In this document: positions 53,241-64,000 of the stretch, piece after piece
Layout of the letters: each line of letters opens with the position of its first letter
How positions within the stretch are numbered: position 1 is the stretch's first letter
Origin: Octopus sinensis
Lineage: Eukaryota
Reading direction: 5' to 3'
Length of the DNA: 64,000 nt
Assembly (NCBI RefSeq): GCF_006345805.1
Contig: NW_021833086.1
Span: 21,236 to 85,235 of the forward strand
Made by a program: the position numbers and the translations under genes
The notes under the pieces: model-generated
Databases searched by the model: none
Seen by the model: only the letters and a program-made list of their open reading frames with translations
Told to the model about the DNA's origin: nothing

Positions 53241-53762
53241 TGATCCTGAGCAAAACTTCCTCTCTGTTCGCTTCACTTCGAAAAGGGTTTCACCGCCCTT
53301 GCGAGTGACACGTATATATTCAACCCCAATGGAACTCTCTCTTAATGCGACAGATCCTTCTCCCGAAATAGGTTGGGTATATTGCGAATTCTTTGTCGTG
53401 CATGAGAACTATAGCAGCTGTTTCGCTTTTGGAGAGTACCTCCATCTTCTCAAATCATATTGCCTCGATAATTTAAGCTCGCTCATATTTCTTTCAGGGT
53501 TATTCCTACCAGGGCATCTGTGGCTGCTTCAAGGCTCGGGTTTTAGTAGACACTTACTTATAACCTAGTCACTATAAGTAAAGACAAGTACGTGAAGTAC
53601 CAGAGTACGTAAAAGGCAGTCAGAGATAGTCGTGTCTTTACTGGTTTGACTAAGTATACTGTATATCGAAGTGGGCGTTATAATAATCCAACATTAAAAG
53701 GATTATAGCATATATATATATATATATATATATACGAATATTTTTCTCTCTGTATTTATATA

Positions 53763-53793
<31 letters not shown>

Positions 53794-53794
53794 C

Positions 53795-54204
53795 GCAGGC
53801 GTTGCTGTGTTTTAAGAAGTTTGCTTTCCGACCACATGGTTCCAGGTTCAGTCCCACACCGTGGCACCTTGGGCACATGTCTTCTACTATAGCCTCGGGT
53901 CGACCAATGCTTTGTGAGTGAGTTTGGTAGATGGAAACTAAAAGAAGCCCGTCATATACGTGTGTATACATATCTATGTATATGTGACATTGTGTTTGTG
54001 TTTGTCCTACACACAACCGCTTGACAACTGATGATGGTGTGTTTATGTCCGCATAACTTAGCGGTTTGGCAAAAAAAGACACATAGAATAAGTACCAGGC
54101 TTACAAAGAATAAGTCATGGAGTCAATTTCTACGACTAAAACTCTTTAAGGCGGAGCTCCAGTATGACCGCAGTCAAATGACAAGCAAGTAAAAGAATAA
54201 AAGA
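53795..54204 (+). mobile_element. SINE family B, full
   Basis: ccaggttcagtcccacaccgtggcaccttgggcacatgtcttctactatagcc..; tail ..gaccgcagtcaaatgacaagcaagtaaaag. Confidence 0.9.
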
Positions 54205-54283
54205 ATATATGTGTATTTACATACATAAAAATAGATATCTTTTTATGTATTACACACATACGCGCATGCGCAGACTCACGCAA

Positions 54284-54328
<45 letters not shown>

Positions 54329-54356
54329 ACACACACACACACACACACACCACACA

Positions 54357-54397
<41 letters not shown>

Positions 54398-54558
54398 TAT
54401 CCAATTTTTTTGCAGTACGGATTGTTTTCTTAATATTTATAGCGCAGTGAAAATGTTTTTTTAGTGGGATTTCATGGCATAGAAAAAAAAACACATTCAC
54501 ATACTCAAACGCATACTCATTCATTTCCTCTGTGTGTGTGTATACATACATGGATGCA

Positions 54559-54612
<54 letters not shown>

Positions 54613-54827
54613 CACACACACACACATAAATCGAATTCAATGGCACTCACAATTCGGATCATGTGTTTTAGCGATATATCTCAGCGGAATATAACCATTT
54701 CTTCACCTGTTGTTGAATTAGACCCCCTTTCTACACTACTTTCTACTCTCTTTCTACTTCTGCCTTAGGTCAGTCATCCTGTGTTTCCCCAATCTTGTCA
54801 TCCGCTGTCCCCTTTTATTTTTGTTGT

Positions 54828-55045
54828 TGAGCTGGCAGAATCGTTAGCACCCCGAGCAAAACGCTTAGCAGCATTTCATCCGCCTTTACATTCTGAAATA
54901 AAAAAAAACCGCCGAGATCGACTTTACCTTTCATCCTTTCACGGACAATAAAATAAATACCACTTGAGTACTGAGGTCGATGTAATCGACTAGTCCCCTA
55001 CCCCAAAATTTCAAGCCTTGTGCCCTTAGTAGAAAGGATTATTAT
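54828..55045 (+). mobile_element. SINE family A
   Basis: gagctggcagaatcgttagcacc..ccgccgagatcgactttacctttcatcctttc..gaggtcgatgtaatcgact. Confidence 0.85.
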
Positions 55046-55854
55046 TATTATTTGATGGTACCTCTCTAAGTGTAGAACTGTGAGTCGGAGAAAAGGAATT
55101 GGAGAGGGCACTTTCTCTTGGTATTCAGGGAAATCTTGGACAGTGGGGTTCTTCGATTATCCCTTGAGAACATCCTGTATCAGAAGGGCTACATCTCTAT
55201 CAGCTTCCACTCCCACCTTTCTTCTTTAAACTTTTGTACACCATGTATATGTCAATTCCTTTTCATTGTATACTATGTATACTTACTTTTTTAATAATTA
55301 TTTTATCATTTTATTATGTGTAACCGCTCCCCACATTTTATGTCTGCCTTTGTATTTTCCACCTCATCCTTCGCCCTGGTGGCAAATAAACGAAATCATC
55401 GTTATTGTTATTATTGTCTAACGCCACCTGAATACGGTTATTCCCTAGGAACCGACGATACTGTCATTTTAACCCCCAGGAGGACACCTCCTCTAGCTGG
55501 TTATGCAGTGTACTCTGCACTCGAGACCATCAGACCGTACGGTCTCGACCTTGTTATGGTCATCCTTGGTAATGGATACTCGTCCGCTTGACATAGCAGT
55601 AATTCACTCCAGCTCGCAGGATATAGGAAAGCAAGTCATACAGTCACTGATCTTACAACAAGCAAACCAGCTAATCGAGAAAATCTCTATAAGATGAAAG
55701 TAGTAGTCATACTGACAAGTAGTGTTTAACACCACCTAAACACTAAAAGGAGATTTTCTTGACTAGCTAGTTTGTTTATTGTTATTATTAGCCCCCTGCC
55801 AAAAGAATTTCAGGCCTTTACCTACAGTAGAAAGAGTTGTTATTATTATCATTA

Positions 55855-56545
55855 CTATTATTATTTCTCTTTATAACAGGTCTTGGAGCTCCAGGAGTCT
55901 TGCATGCGTAACGGTCTTACTACCTGCATCCATGCTATTCATTCTTTTCAGCTATCTAAAACTTTCCTGATTATTGTGGCCGCACCAAGGAAGCAAACCT
56001 TTTGTAACAGTTCTACTAGGCAATCTATTCCAATTTCCTTTATATTCACCTTGATGCCTTCTGATACTGTTCCCAAGAACCCAACAATAATTGGCACTAT
56101 CTTACCCTTCTTCATTTTCCATAGCTGAGCCATTTTGTACTTAAGAAAGTTGCATTAATCAATCTTTTCACCTTCCTTCTTGACTATTTGTGGGTCAAAG
56201 AGGCATGCAACATCAGTTATATAGCATATGTGGTGCATCTTGTCCACCACCACTAGGTCCGATTTGTTATGCTCTAGCAACTGATCTGTTTAGATTGGGA
56301 AATCCCAGAGGATTTTGCAAGTCTCCGACTTCGCCACTCTCTATAATTTGTACTCATACCACGTCTTGCCTCTCTCTAGCCTCCACTTTTCGCACAGTTT
56401 CCAATGTAGCATTTTCGCTACCTGATCGTGTCGCCACAACTTGTAGTGGTATTGGGCAAGTCTATGCCATTCGTTCGTGATATGGGCAATGGTTCATCCA
56501 CTTAATTGCAGATGAGGCACAGCGGAGACACTTGCTCATTCCTAA
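55855..56545 (-). mobile_element. R4/Dong-type LINE 3' fragment ending in a TAA-rich tract
   Basis: Minus strand CLICN..HITNE..RHDQVAKMLHWKLC..ILWDFPI..HNKSDLVVVD..DVAC..IVPIIVGFLG..LQKVCFLG. Confidence 0.88.
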
Positions 56546-57130
56546 GGTCCACCCTCCAGTTCGTGGCTAAAGCTACACCAATCCCCTACAATAACTATAG
56601 TGTGGGATGTTCTTAGGAAGATTTCTAGACGTCTAAAGAAATCTGGCAGTCCAACCCCAGTTGGCGTATAGACGGTCGCTAATATGAAAGCACTACCTTT
56701 ACTGTCACTCATGTCTAGTACCACCAACTTACCTGCTGGATCCAGGAAAATCGTCTGCACCTCTAACCCTAATTCTTCTCCACCATCGCCCGATCTTTTC
56801 AGCCTATAAGATGAGTACGTCTTGTAGTCTTCAAACATTTGGCTGAATACGTGCGTCCCAAACATTCTGGTTTCAGTAATGGCCACCAGTGAAGTGAAGT
56901 GATCTGTGGTCATTGAGCAAGTGTCCCAGCTAGTTCCGGACCACGCACATTGATACATTCTACTCTGAGTACTACCATATTTATTGGAGTAAACATAGTA
57001 AGAGGTTACTCAACTATGTCACCTCCAGTCACTTCGAGTGGCGGATGATCTGTGTTCTTTTGAGGTGAGTGTCTCTAAAAAGGCCCTTGGAATAAAGTTT
57101 CACTGATTTTCTGAAAATACCCACACTCCT
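56545..57130 (-). mobile_element. L1/Tx1-clade APE endonuclease fragment
   Basis: VAITETR..IFLDPAGKLVVLD..AFILATVYTPTG..FFRRLEIFL..IVGDW. Confidence 0.8.
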
Positions 57131-57829
57131 TGGAGAGTTGTTCAAGAGAGTGTAATAAATTTGACTTGACGTTTTTATTAGCGCTCCCTCTTTAAGTGTT
57201 TTGGGGATGAATTTTTCAAATTCTTCCCCTTCTGTTTTTATTTCGTATTTGTGATGTTTTTATATGTAGACAACTAATTCCTTGTTACTTTTGAAATTGA
57301 CTATTTCTATTTGAGTGCTTCGTGGTGAAATTGACTGCTTTCTATTTGAGTGTTTTTTTTGTGTTCGTTGTCTGTTTTGATAGTTTTCTTGTTGCCGTGG
57401 TGTTTGTGTTTTCTTATTGTTGTAGGGGGTACAGTTGAAGGTTTGGTTGTTGGAGTGAAGGTCTTGTGGTTTGTCGTTTTTGTTATTCTTGATGTTGTTT
57501 CGGTGTATGACAATTCGGAGTGTTTTGCGGTGTGTCATCTACGTTTGTGGTTTCTTTTTATTTTTTTGTGGCGGAGTTACGGCCTTTTGACTTTTGTTTA
57601 AGGACCTTTTTGGTGACCATTTGCCACTCAATAGGTTTCACCGTTTTGCCTTCATTATTTGAGGATGATTAGGCAGGAGAAGGCGGTGGACACCTTTTGT
57701 AATAATAATAATGCTTTCTCAGCGCAATCCATAAACTTGTTTCATCGTGTTAAAGTTTTCGAGCTCAAAGAATCGTTAGAACACCAGAAAAATACTACTT
57801 GCGGTGTTTGTTCCACCTCTTTACAACCA

Positions 57830-57960
57830 GACTTCAAATCCATCCGAGATCAACTTTGACTTTCATCCTTTCAGGGTTGATAAGATATTGTACCGATGTC
57901 GATGGAATTAGCTTATCTCCTCCTATAAAATTGCTGGCTCTATGTCTAAATCATAACAAA
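57830..57960 (+). mobile_element. SINE family A, partial
   Basis: ttcaaatccatccgagatcaactttgactttcatcctttcagggttgataag. Confidence 0.7.
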
Positions 57961-58130
57961 AAGTATGTTACGGAATTCGATTATGTCTTCGATTTCGTCG
58001 TTAATGAGATAATGGCTGGTTAAAGCGCGTTACACTTGAGCTGCTTCATTATTTGTTAAATATCACATTCGAACACGCGTACAAAGACAGGTAAGAACAA
58101 GCATACTGCCAATAGACAAGCAAAGTAGTT

Positions 58131-58161
<31 letters not shown>

Positions 58162-58964
58162 CAGCAACAGTGCAAGACACAAGTCTGAAGTAAAGTTTCC
58201 TGTATAAATTTCCTTACACAATTTTTTTCTTTATTTCGGCAGATGCAGATTAGAGATTGAAGATGTTTGATAAGTGAATATTTTTGGTTTGTTTTTAACT
58301 AAGACTTAACATATCTAGGCTCGTTACGATAAGTACACCGCCATCCATTTACTCCCTAATATTTTACTTATATTTTCTAATGGATTTCACCATTTTTTTT
58401 TATCTAGTCTTCTCTATTTGTTTCCCTCACTTCTCCCAAATTCTTTGATTTGACTTGGCCTCGTTTTTTTCTTTCTTTTTAGGGAGGAGGGGGTTTAAGT
58501 TTTTATTTTTTGTGTGTGTGAGGTTTTAAAATCGTTGTTGGTTGTTTATATATCTGTGTGTGAATGTGTGTAGTGTGTGTGTATACGTGTGCGTGCTTGC
58601 GTGTATGTTTTGTTTCCTTCTGTTTAACTTGATAACCATCTCTGGTACATTGGCCTAGTTATAAGACCAAGATTTGATAGATAATATACCTCCTTCTGCA
58701 CTGCCTTACACATACGGCTTCATGGATGAAATCGAGACGACGATCATCAGACATTTTTAGAAAATGATTGGATCAAAGAGGTATGTATACATGCATGTAT
58801 GTATCGGTGTAAGGATGTACATATATATATATATATATATATGTATGTAAGTATGCATACATACATACACACACGCACGCACTAACATATATACAGAGTG
58901 ACGTGCACATACACATACACATATATAAGACATTGTGTAATATGTTCGCATCTGTATACATATG

Positions 58965-59009
<45 letters not shown>

Positions 59010-59094
59010 GTCTCAATCACTATCTATCTGTTTATCTGACTGTCTATCCGTCTGTCAGTTCGTCTGTTTGTGTATGTGTGGCTGTCTGTCTATC

Positions 59095-59097
59095 TGT

Positions 59098-59196
<99 letters not shown>

Positions 59197-59225
59197 TATC
59201 TATCTATCTATGTTTCTATCTATCT
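59095..59225. repeat. (TCTA)n microsatellite
   Basis: Directly visible. Confidence 0.95.
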
Positions 59226-59789
59226 GTGAGTGTCTATGTGTGTATACTTGTACGTAAGTGTGTACGCGTATGTTTGTGTGTGTGTGTGTGTGTGTGTTAT
59301 TCGATTTCAGTCCTACAATTGATGATCTTTCACTGGATTCCCGACATCAAATAGGTAACTTTTATGTATGTATGTATGTCATTGTTCAGTTTTATTTCAA
59401 GATTTCTTGCCAATAGAGAAAGAGCCTGTCTTTAACCTAGATCCAAGGCTCCAACATTGGAATTTCAACATCAACAACAGGGTATGTATGTATGTATGTA
59501 TGTATGTATGTATGAATGTATGTATGTATGCATATATGTATGTGTGCAGATTTTTATTTTTGTTTTATGCATATTTTCTCATGCATTTAGTTGCATACCT
59601 AGAATGTTCATATATATATTTAAACGATAAACTTATGTATGTGTGTGTGTATGACCATATATATGTATGTATGCATGAATGCAAGTGTGTATGTATGTTT
59701 GTATGCATGTCTCTTCTGTTTTTTAATTATCACAAATCTTCCACTGAGGAGGAAGCCGGTTTCCAACAAAGATACAAGGCTCCATCTTT

Positions 59790-60447
59790 GGTCATCCCAT
59801 AAGTTCTGTCCGAATTTTGAATAAAGAAAACAGGCGATGAAATGTTATATTTAATTTTAATTTAATCATCAACGTACTTTCCCTAATTATCTATGACTTC
59901 CTTCCATCTATTTACAAGCTTTTTAATCCCATCAATGTAAATCTCTTTTGGTTTCAAAGCGAAGAACTCTGAAATATCAGTTTCGACCTCCTCCTGGCTT
60001 GCGAAAGTTATGTTGCCGAAATGATTCTACGAAACAAATGGTAGTCTGAAGGAGCAAGATCGGGAGAATAATGTGGATGAGGAATTTTTCCCAACCAAGC
60101 TCTTCGATCTTCTGTGATGTGATCTTTGCAGTGTGGGGTCGCGCAAGTTCTTTCATTCAAGCATTCTTTCCCATAAACTGAGTGTATGTTTCGAGTCGCT
60201 TCGGCTGCAGAGTTTCCTTTTTTATACTCATAAAGCATTATGTGCCTCAAATGCTCTTTGGATAGTTCCATGTTTTAATCAAAGAAATTTTAATTCTATT
60301 ATTCTGTAAAATAATATATAATTAGTTTAAATGTACACAAATGCATAAAAATAATTTTTAATTCCATTAGACATTCTAAAATACTATCAAATTTCATTCA
60401 ATTTTTAAAAAGGTAAAATCGGACAGAACTTATGGAATGACCTGATA
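59790..60447 (-). mobile_element. Internally deleted mariner element (~660 bp)
   Basis: TIRs ggtcatcccataagttctgtccgaatttt / aaaatcggacagaacttatggaatgacc. Minus ORF 60008-60271 joins the N-terminal HTH (HLRHIMLYEYKKGNSAAEATRNI) to YSPDLAPSDYHLF. Confidence 0.9.
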
Positions 60448-60479
60448 GTTAACACTAACAAATTAACATTTAGAACCTG

Positions 60480-61130
60480 AAAAATGTTTTCATACTTTTA
60501 TTGTTCCACTCACAGATTGCCTTTGTAATGTACGAATAGGCCGGTTGATTTCTCTTTCTGAAAATCCCAGTTTATCCAGATTCTCCTTTAAGCATTTACT
60601 AACAAAACCTAGTGCTCTAATTATCATTGGTGTGAATATGAATTCATAGTCTGGTAATAGAAGCTGGATGTTTCGAAGTAGTTGTCCTCAGATATCCTAT
60701 TTTTCTTTGATTTTCAAAGAGATATTTATATCTGAAGGGCAGTTAACCTCTATGACAGTACATACCTTTGCTCCTCTGTCCCAAGCAACAATATCCGCTC
60801 TGTTATGCTTACATTTGACAGAAGTTTTGATGAGAATATTTCCCGTTTTGGCGGATGGCGTTGTAAATTGTTTTAGCAACAACATCGTGCCGCATAGGGA
60901 GGTAGTACTGTCACCATATTTTAGGACAGCTGCCAATCACATGCGTGATGTCTTCCACAGAATCATGACATAGCCTACACATGCAGTTGCACCTTGAGCG
61001 TCATTATCTTTCTTGTTCACCAGGTACTTTGTGGCAGTCTCCTGTTCCTGGATTGCAAATGCATAGCCTTCAAAGTGTGATGTGATGTACTGGTCTTGTG
61101 TCCAAGAGAAGCTGTGCTTCATGTCAATTC
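60480..61130 (-). mobile_element. R4/Dong-type LINE 3' fragment, copy D (same family as A-C)
   Basis: ITSHFEGYAFAIQEQETATKYL and KCKHNRADIVAWDRGAKVCTVIEVNCPSDINI. Confidence 0.85.
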
Positions 61131-61444
61131 AACTGTCTTCTACCCAAGCATGGTCTTTTTTTTTCTTTGTATGCTGAGTGCTTTCCATCCAGGTCTTCTC
61201 TGGGGTAAGAGAGCCAGCAGTTTTGGGGCTGTATAGGAGATCACCAGGAAGAGAGTGTTTCTTGAGAAGCTCACTGCCTGTATGTATGTATGTGTGCATG
61301 TATGCATATATTTATGTATGTGTGCGTATATGCATATATTTCTGTATGTGTACGTGTATGTATTTATGCGTGCGAGTATGTATGTATATATACATATATA
61401 TACATACATATATATATATATATCACCGTGATCACCGTGTATAT

Positions 61445-61757
61445 ATATATATATATATATATATATCACCGTGATCACCGTGACCGACCAGGCCATCAGA
61501 TGTTGTTATACAATGCGCTTCGCATTGTTTTAGCCTTCAAATGACGCCACCCCGCTGGCTAAGCGAGAAGGCCAACAGAAGAAGGAAGAGTGAGAGAAAG
61601 TTGTGGCGAAAGAGTACAGCAGGGATCGCCACCATCCCCTGCCGGAGCCTCGTGGAGCTTTAGGTATTTTCGCTCAATAAACACTCACACTCACAATTGA
61701 AAACCGCGATCCTACGACCGCGAGTCCGCTGCCCTAACCACTAGGCCATTGCGCCTC

Positions 61758-61760
<3 letters not shown>
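61445..61760 (-). mobile_element. tRNA-derived SINE, family D
   Basis: Minus-strand head gaggcgcaatggcctagtggttagggcagcggactcgcggtcgtaggatcgcgg; tail ends in repeated cacggtgat units mixed with (AT)n. Confidence 0.75.
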
Positions 61761-61800
<40 letters not shown>

Positions 61801-62379
61801 GTGTGTTTGTATATATGCATGCCTATATGTGTATATGTATGTATGTTTGCATGTGTATACATGTATCTATGTATGTATGAATATATGTACTATATATGTA
61901 TGTGCACGTGTACAAACGTATGTATGTAAGTCTATGTATAGGTGTGTATTTCTATACATGTATGTATGTATGTATGTATGTATGTATGTATGTATGTATG
62001 TATGCATGCATGTATGTATGTATAGTATTTCCTTTGAATTATTTGAAATTTTCCTAGAAAATGCTTTCTAACAAAGAAACAAAGTTCCATCGCCGGAGTT
62101 TTAATAACAATAAGGCTAAGAGTTACATGCTGAACTTTAAAAAAGCCTTGAAAATTTTTACTGTTCCACTTACAGATTCTATTTATAAAATACATATTAA
62201 CCAGTTGTCTTCTTATATTAAAATACCAGCTTTTCCAGATCGTTATTTAGGCATTTACTAATATAACCGAGGGTACCAATAATTCTTGGTTTAAATATGA
62301 ATTTTATAATCAAGTTAGAGGAACTACAGTTGTACAAGTAGGTGTCCATAAATATTCTCTTCATTGTATGTTATTATGT

Positions 62380-62750
62380 GCATTGATGTACCAACTAAAG
62401 GCTATATTTCTGGAATGTTCTACATATCTTCACTGTTCCATTAATGTATTGTAATTGTGAATTGTTAATAAGCCATGTCTATTTTGTATATCCCAGCTAA
62501 TCGAGCTTGACAATGTAGCAGTTAGTTTCATATGCAAGTGCTTAATAATTACAGTCATAAATTTTGTGCTGAAATCCAGGTGGAGTGACTGTATCAATAT
62601 CGTTTATTTCATTTGTCTTTAAAATGTTGGACAATTGTATTCCTACTGCTGTTCGCAATTTCTATTCTCTGTCCCAGATGATTGTCATGTATTTTGATTT
62701 ACATTTTACAGAGTTTTTGATTAGAATTTTGCTTTCTTTCGGAGAATCAT
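62380..62750 (-). mobile_element. Degraded R4/Dong-type LINE 3' end
   Basis: Minus strand MTIIWDRE..; YINGTVKICRTFQKY. Confidence 0.6.
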
Positions 62751-62811
62751 TATGCGAATAACTAACTCACGTACTCGTTCAATTCCACTTCTTTGTCATT
62801 TGATTAAACTT

Positions 62812-62930
62812 TTATCCATTTAACTAATCTATTATTATTATCCATTTAACTAATCTATTATTATCCATTTAACTAATCTATTATTATCCATTTAACTAAT
62901 CTATTATTATCCATTTAACTAATCTATTAT
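62812..62930. repeat. 23-bp minisatellite, 5 copies (tatccatttaactaatctattat)
   Basis: Directly visible; no unique spacers. Confidence 0.95.
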
Positions 62931-63465
62931 TTGATTAATAATTCGGACAAGCAGACCCCGAGTTGGATTTTCTGTAGAATTTCCACTGATTTAATTAATA
63001 CTAGTTATCACTATTAAGTAGTACACTTCAGACCTACCACCAATGAACGCTACTTTTGAAATACTTGCAGTCACTATGTCTGTTTTTGAAGTTGTTTACC
63101 TATTCCCCCGTCACGCATACTGCCACGCGCATAAACATACACTGATTACACACGCTGATATTCATATGGCCACAGCTCATATATCACAGAAACCGCTTTC
63201 TTACAGAGAACCATGGAAGCACTGCAAGCAGGGAGGATTAAGTAAACAATCAGACGGTTTTCGATTGAACATAACCCAAATCAAATCAGATCTTGTAATG
63301 CAAAATCGAAAAATATGAAGGTATGTGTGACTATACCAACACATGCGTTAACTCATATATACCCCATTGATATATATTTAAACACATATACACACACACA
63401 ATATATCTATATATTTATATCTATGTGTGTGTGTGTATGCATGTGCATGTATATATATATGTGTG

Positions 63466-63501
<36 letters not shown>

Positions 63502-63539
63502 GCAGAGAGAGAGAGAGAGAAAGAGAGCGAGTGAGAAAC

Positions 63540-63561
63540 ACAGACAGACAGATAGACAGAC

Positions 63562-63657
<96 letters not shown>

Positions 63658-63660
63658 TGT
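63540..63660. repeat. (GACA)/(GATA)n microsatellite
   Basis: Directly visible. Confidence 0.95.
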
Positions 63661-63718
63661 TCGGATTGTTGATGTTGTCGATATTTATGGCAATGAAGGA
63701 ATGACTGAATTGTATATA

Positions 63719-64000
63719 GAACTAGCAGTATCGCCCGGCGTTGCTCGGGTTTGTAAGGGAAATAACTATATAAGCATTTTTAGAGTTACTTCCCTTATAG
63801 ATGCCAATTCGGGCTTCTTAGCCATTTCTGTTTTGGTGTCTTCAAGCCATGAAGTCGTTGTTCTAAAAGCGCTGGCTCCTTGACAGCGCATTACGACGTT
63901 GATTTCCTTAAACTCCCTTCCCCCACAGCTTCACAAGGAGGGAAGAAGGGGGAGAAGCAAACACAGGTGCAGGTGTTTGAGCGTGGACGCCAACTCCGCC
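63719..64000 (+). mobile_element. Helitron-like non-autonomous element 5' end (runs off window)
   Basis: actagcagtatcgCCCGGcgttgcTCGGG: ACTAG start plus a GC-rich subterminal hairpin, as in Lep1/HINE-type elements (recall). Confidence 0.55.

Noticed and set aside
53290-53560. Possible L1/Tx1 ORF1 remnant on the minus strand (PTYFGRRICRIK)
   Set aside because: Too short and degenerate to call from memory.
62812-62930. CRISPR-like appearance of 23-bp repeats
   Set aside because: No unique spacers, no cas genes, eukaryotic context.

Overview
AT-rich, microsatellite-saturated eukaryotic DNA, most likely from an octopod cephalopod. The species call is an inference from the recalled SINE families and the (TACA)n/(AT)n/(AAT)n landscape. 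I found no convincing host protein-coding exon, and most ORFs in the track are translated microsatellites. The window is a retroelement graveyard: at least 10 fragments of R4/Dong-type LINEs with restriction-like endonucleases (RLE), a near full-length RTE LINE (30338-34565, minus), L1/Tx1 and CR1/L2-group fragments, three Penelope-like (GIY-YIG) fragments, many tRNA-derived SINEs of about four families, Tc1/mariner and hAT remnants, a Helitron-like end, foldback palindromes and a ~490-bp tandem array. The most notable signals are: (i) four degenerate minimal hammerhead ribozymes with a palindromic ACGT stem III, tied to Penelope-like terminal repeats, three of which together reconstruct an intact consensus; (ii) a candidate HDV-like ribozyme at the exact 5' end of the RTE, whose ORF ends in three canonical C2H2 fingers; (iii) an 87-bp insertion in the RTE that matches a locus 7 kb away at 86/87 nt; (iv) stacking of different RLE LINEs within (TAA)n and (TACA)n tracts. 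Repeat boundaries were read by eye and are approximate to about 10-30 bp unless a junction is quoted.
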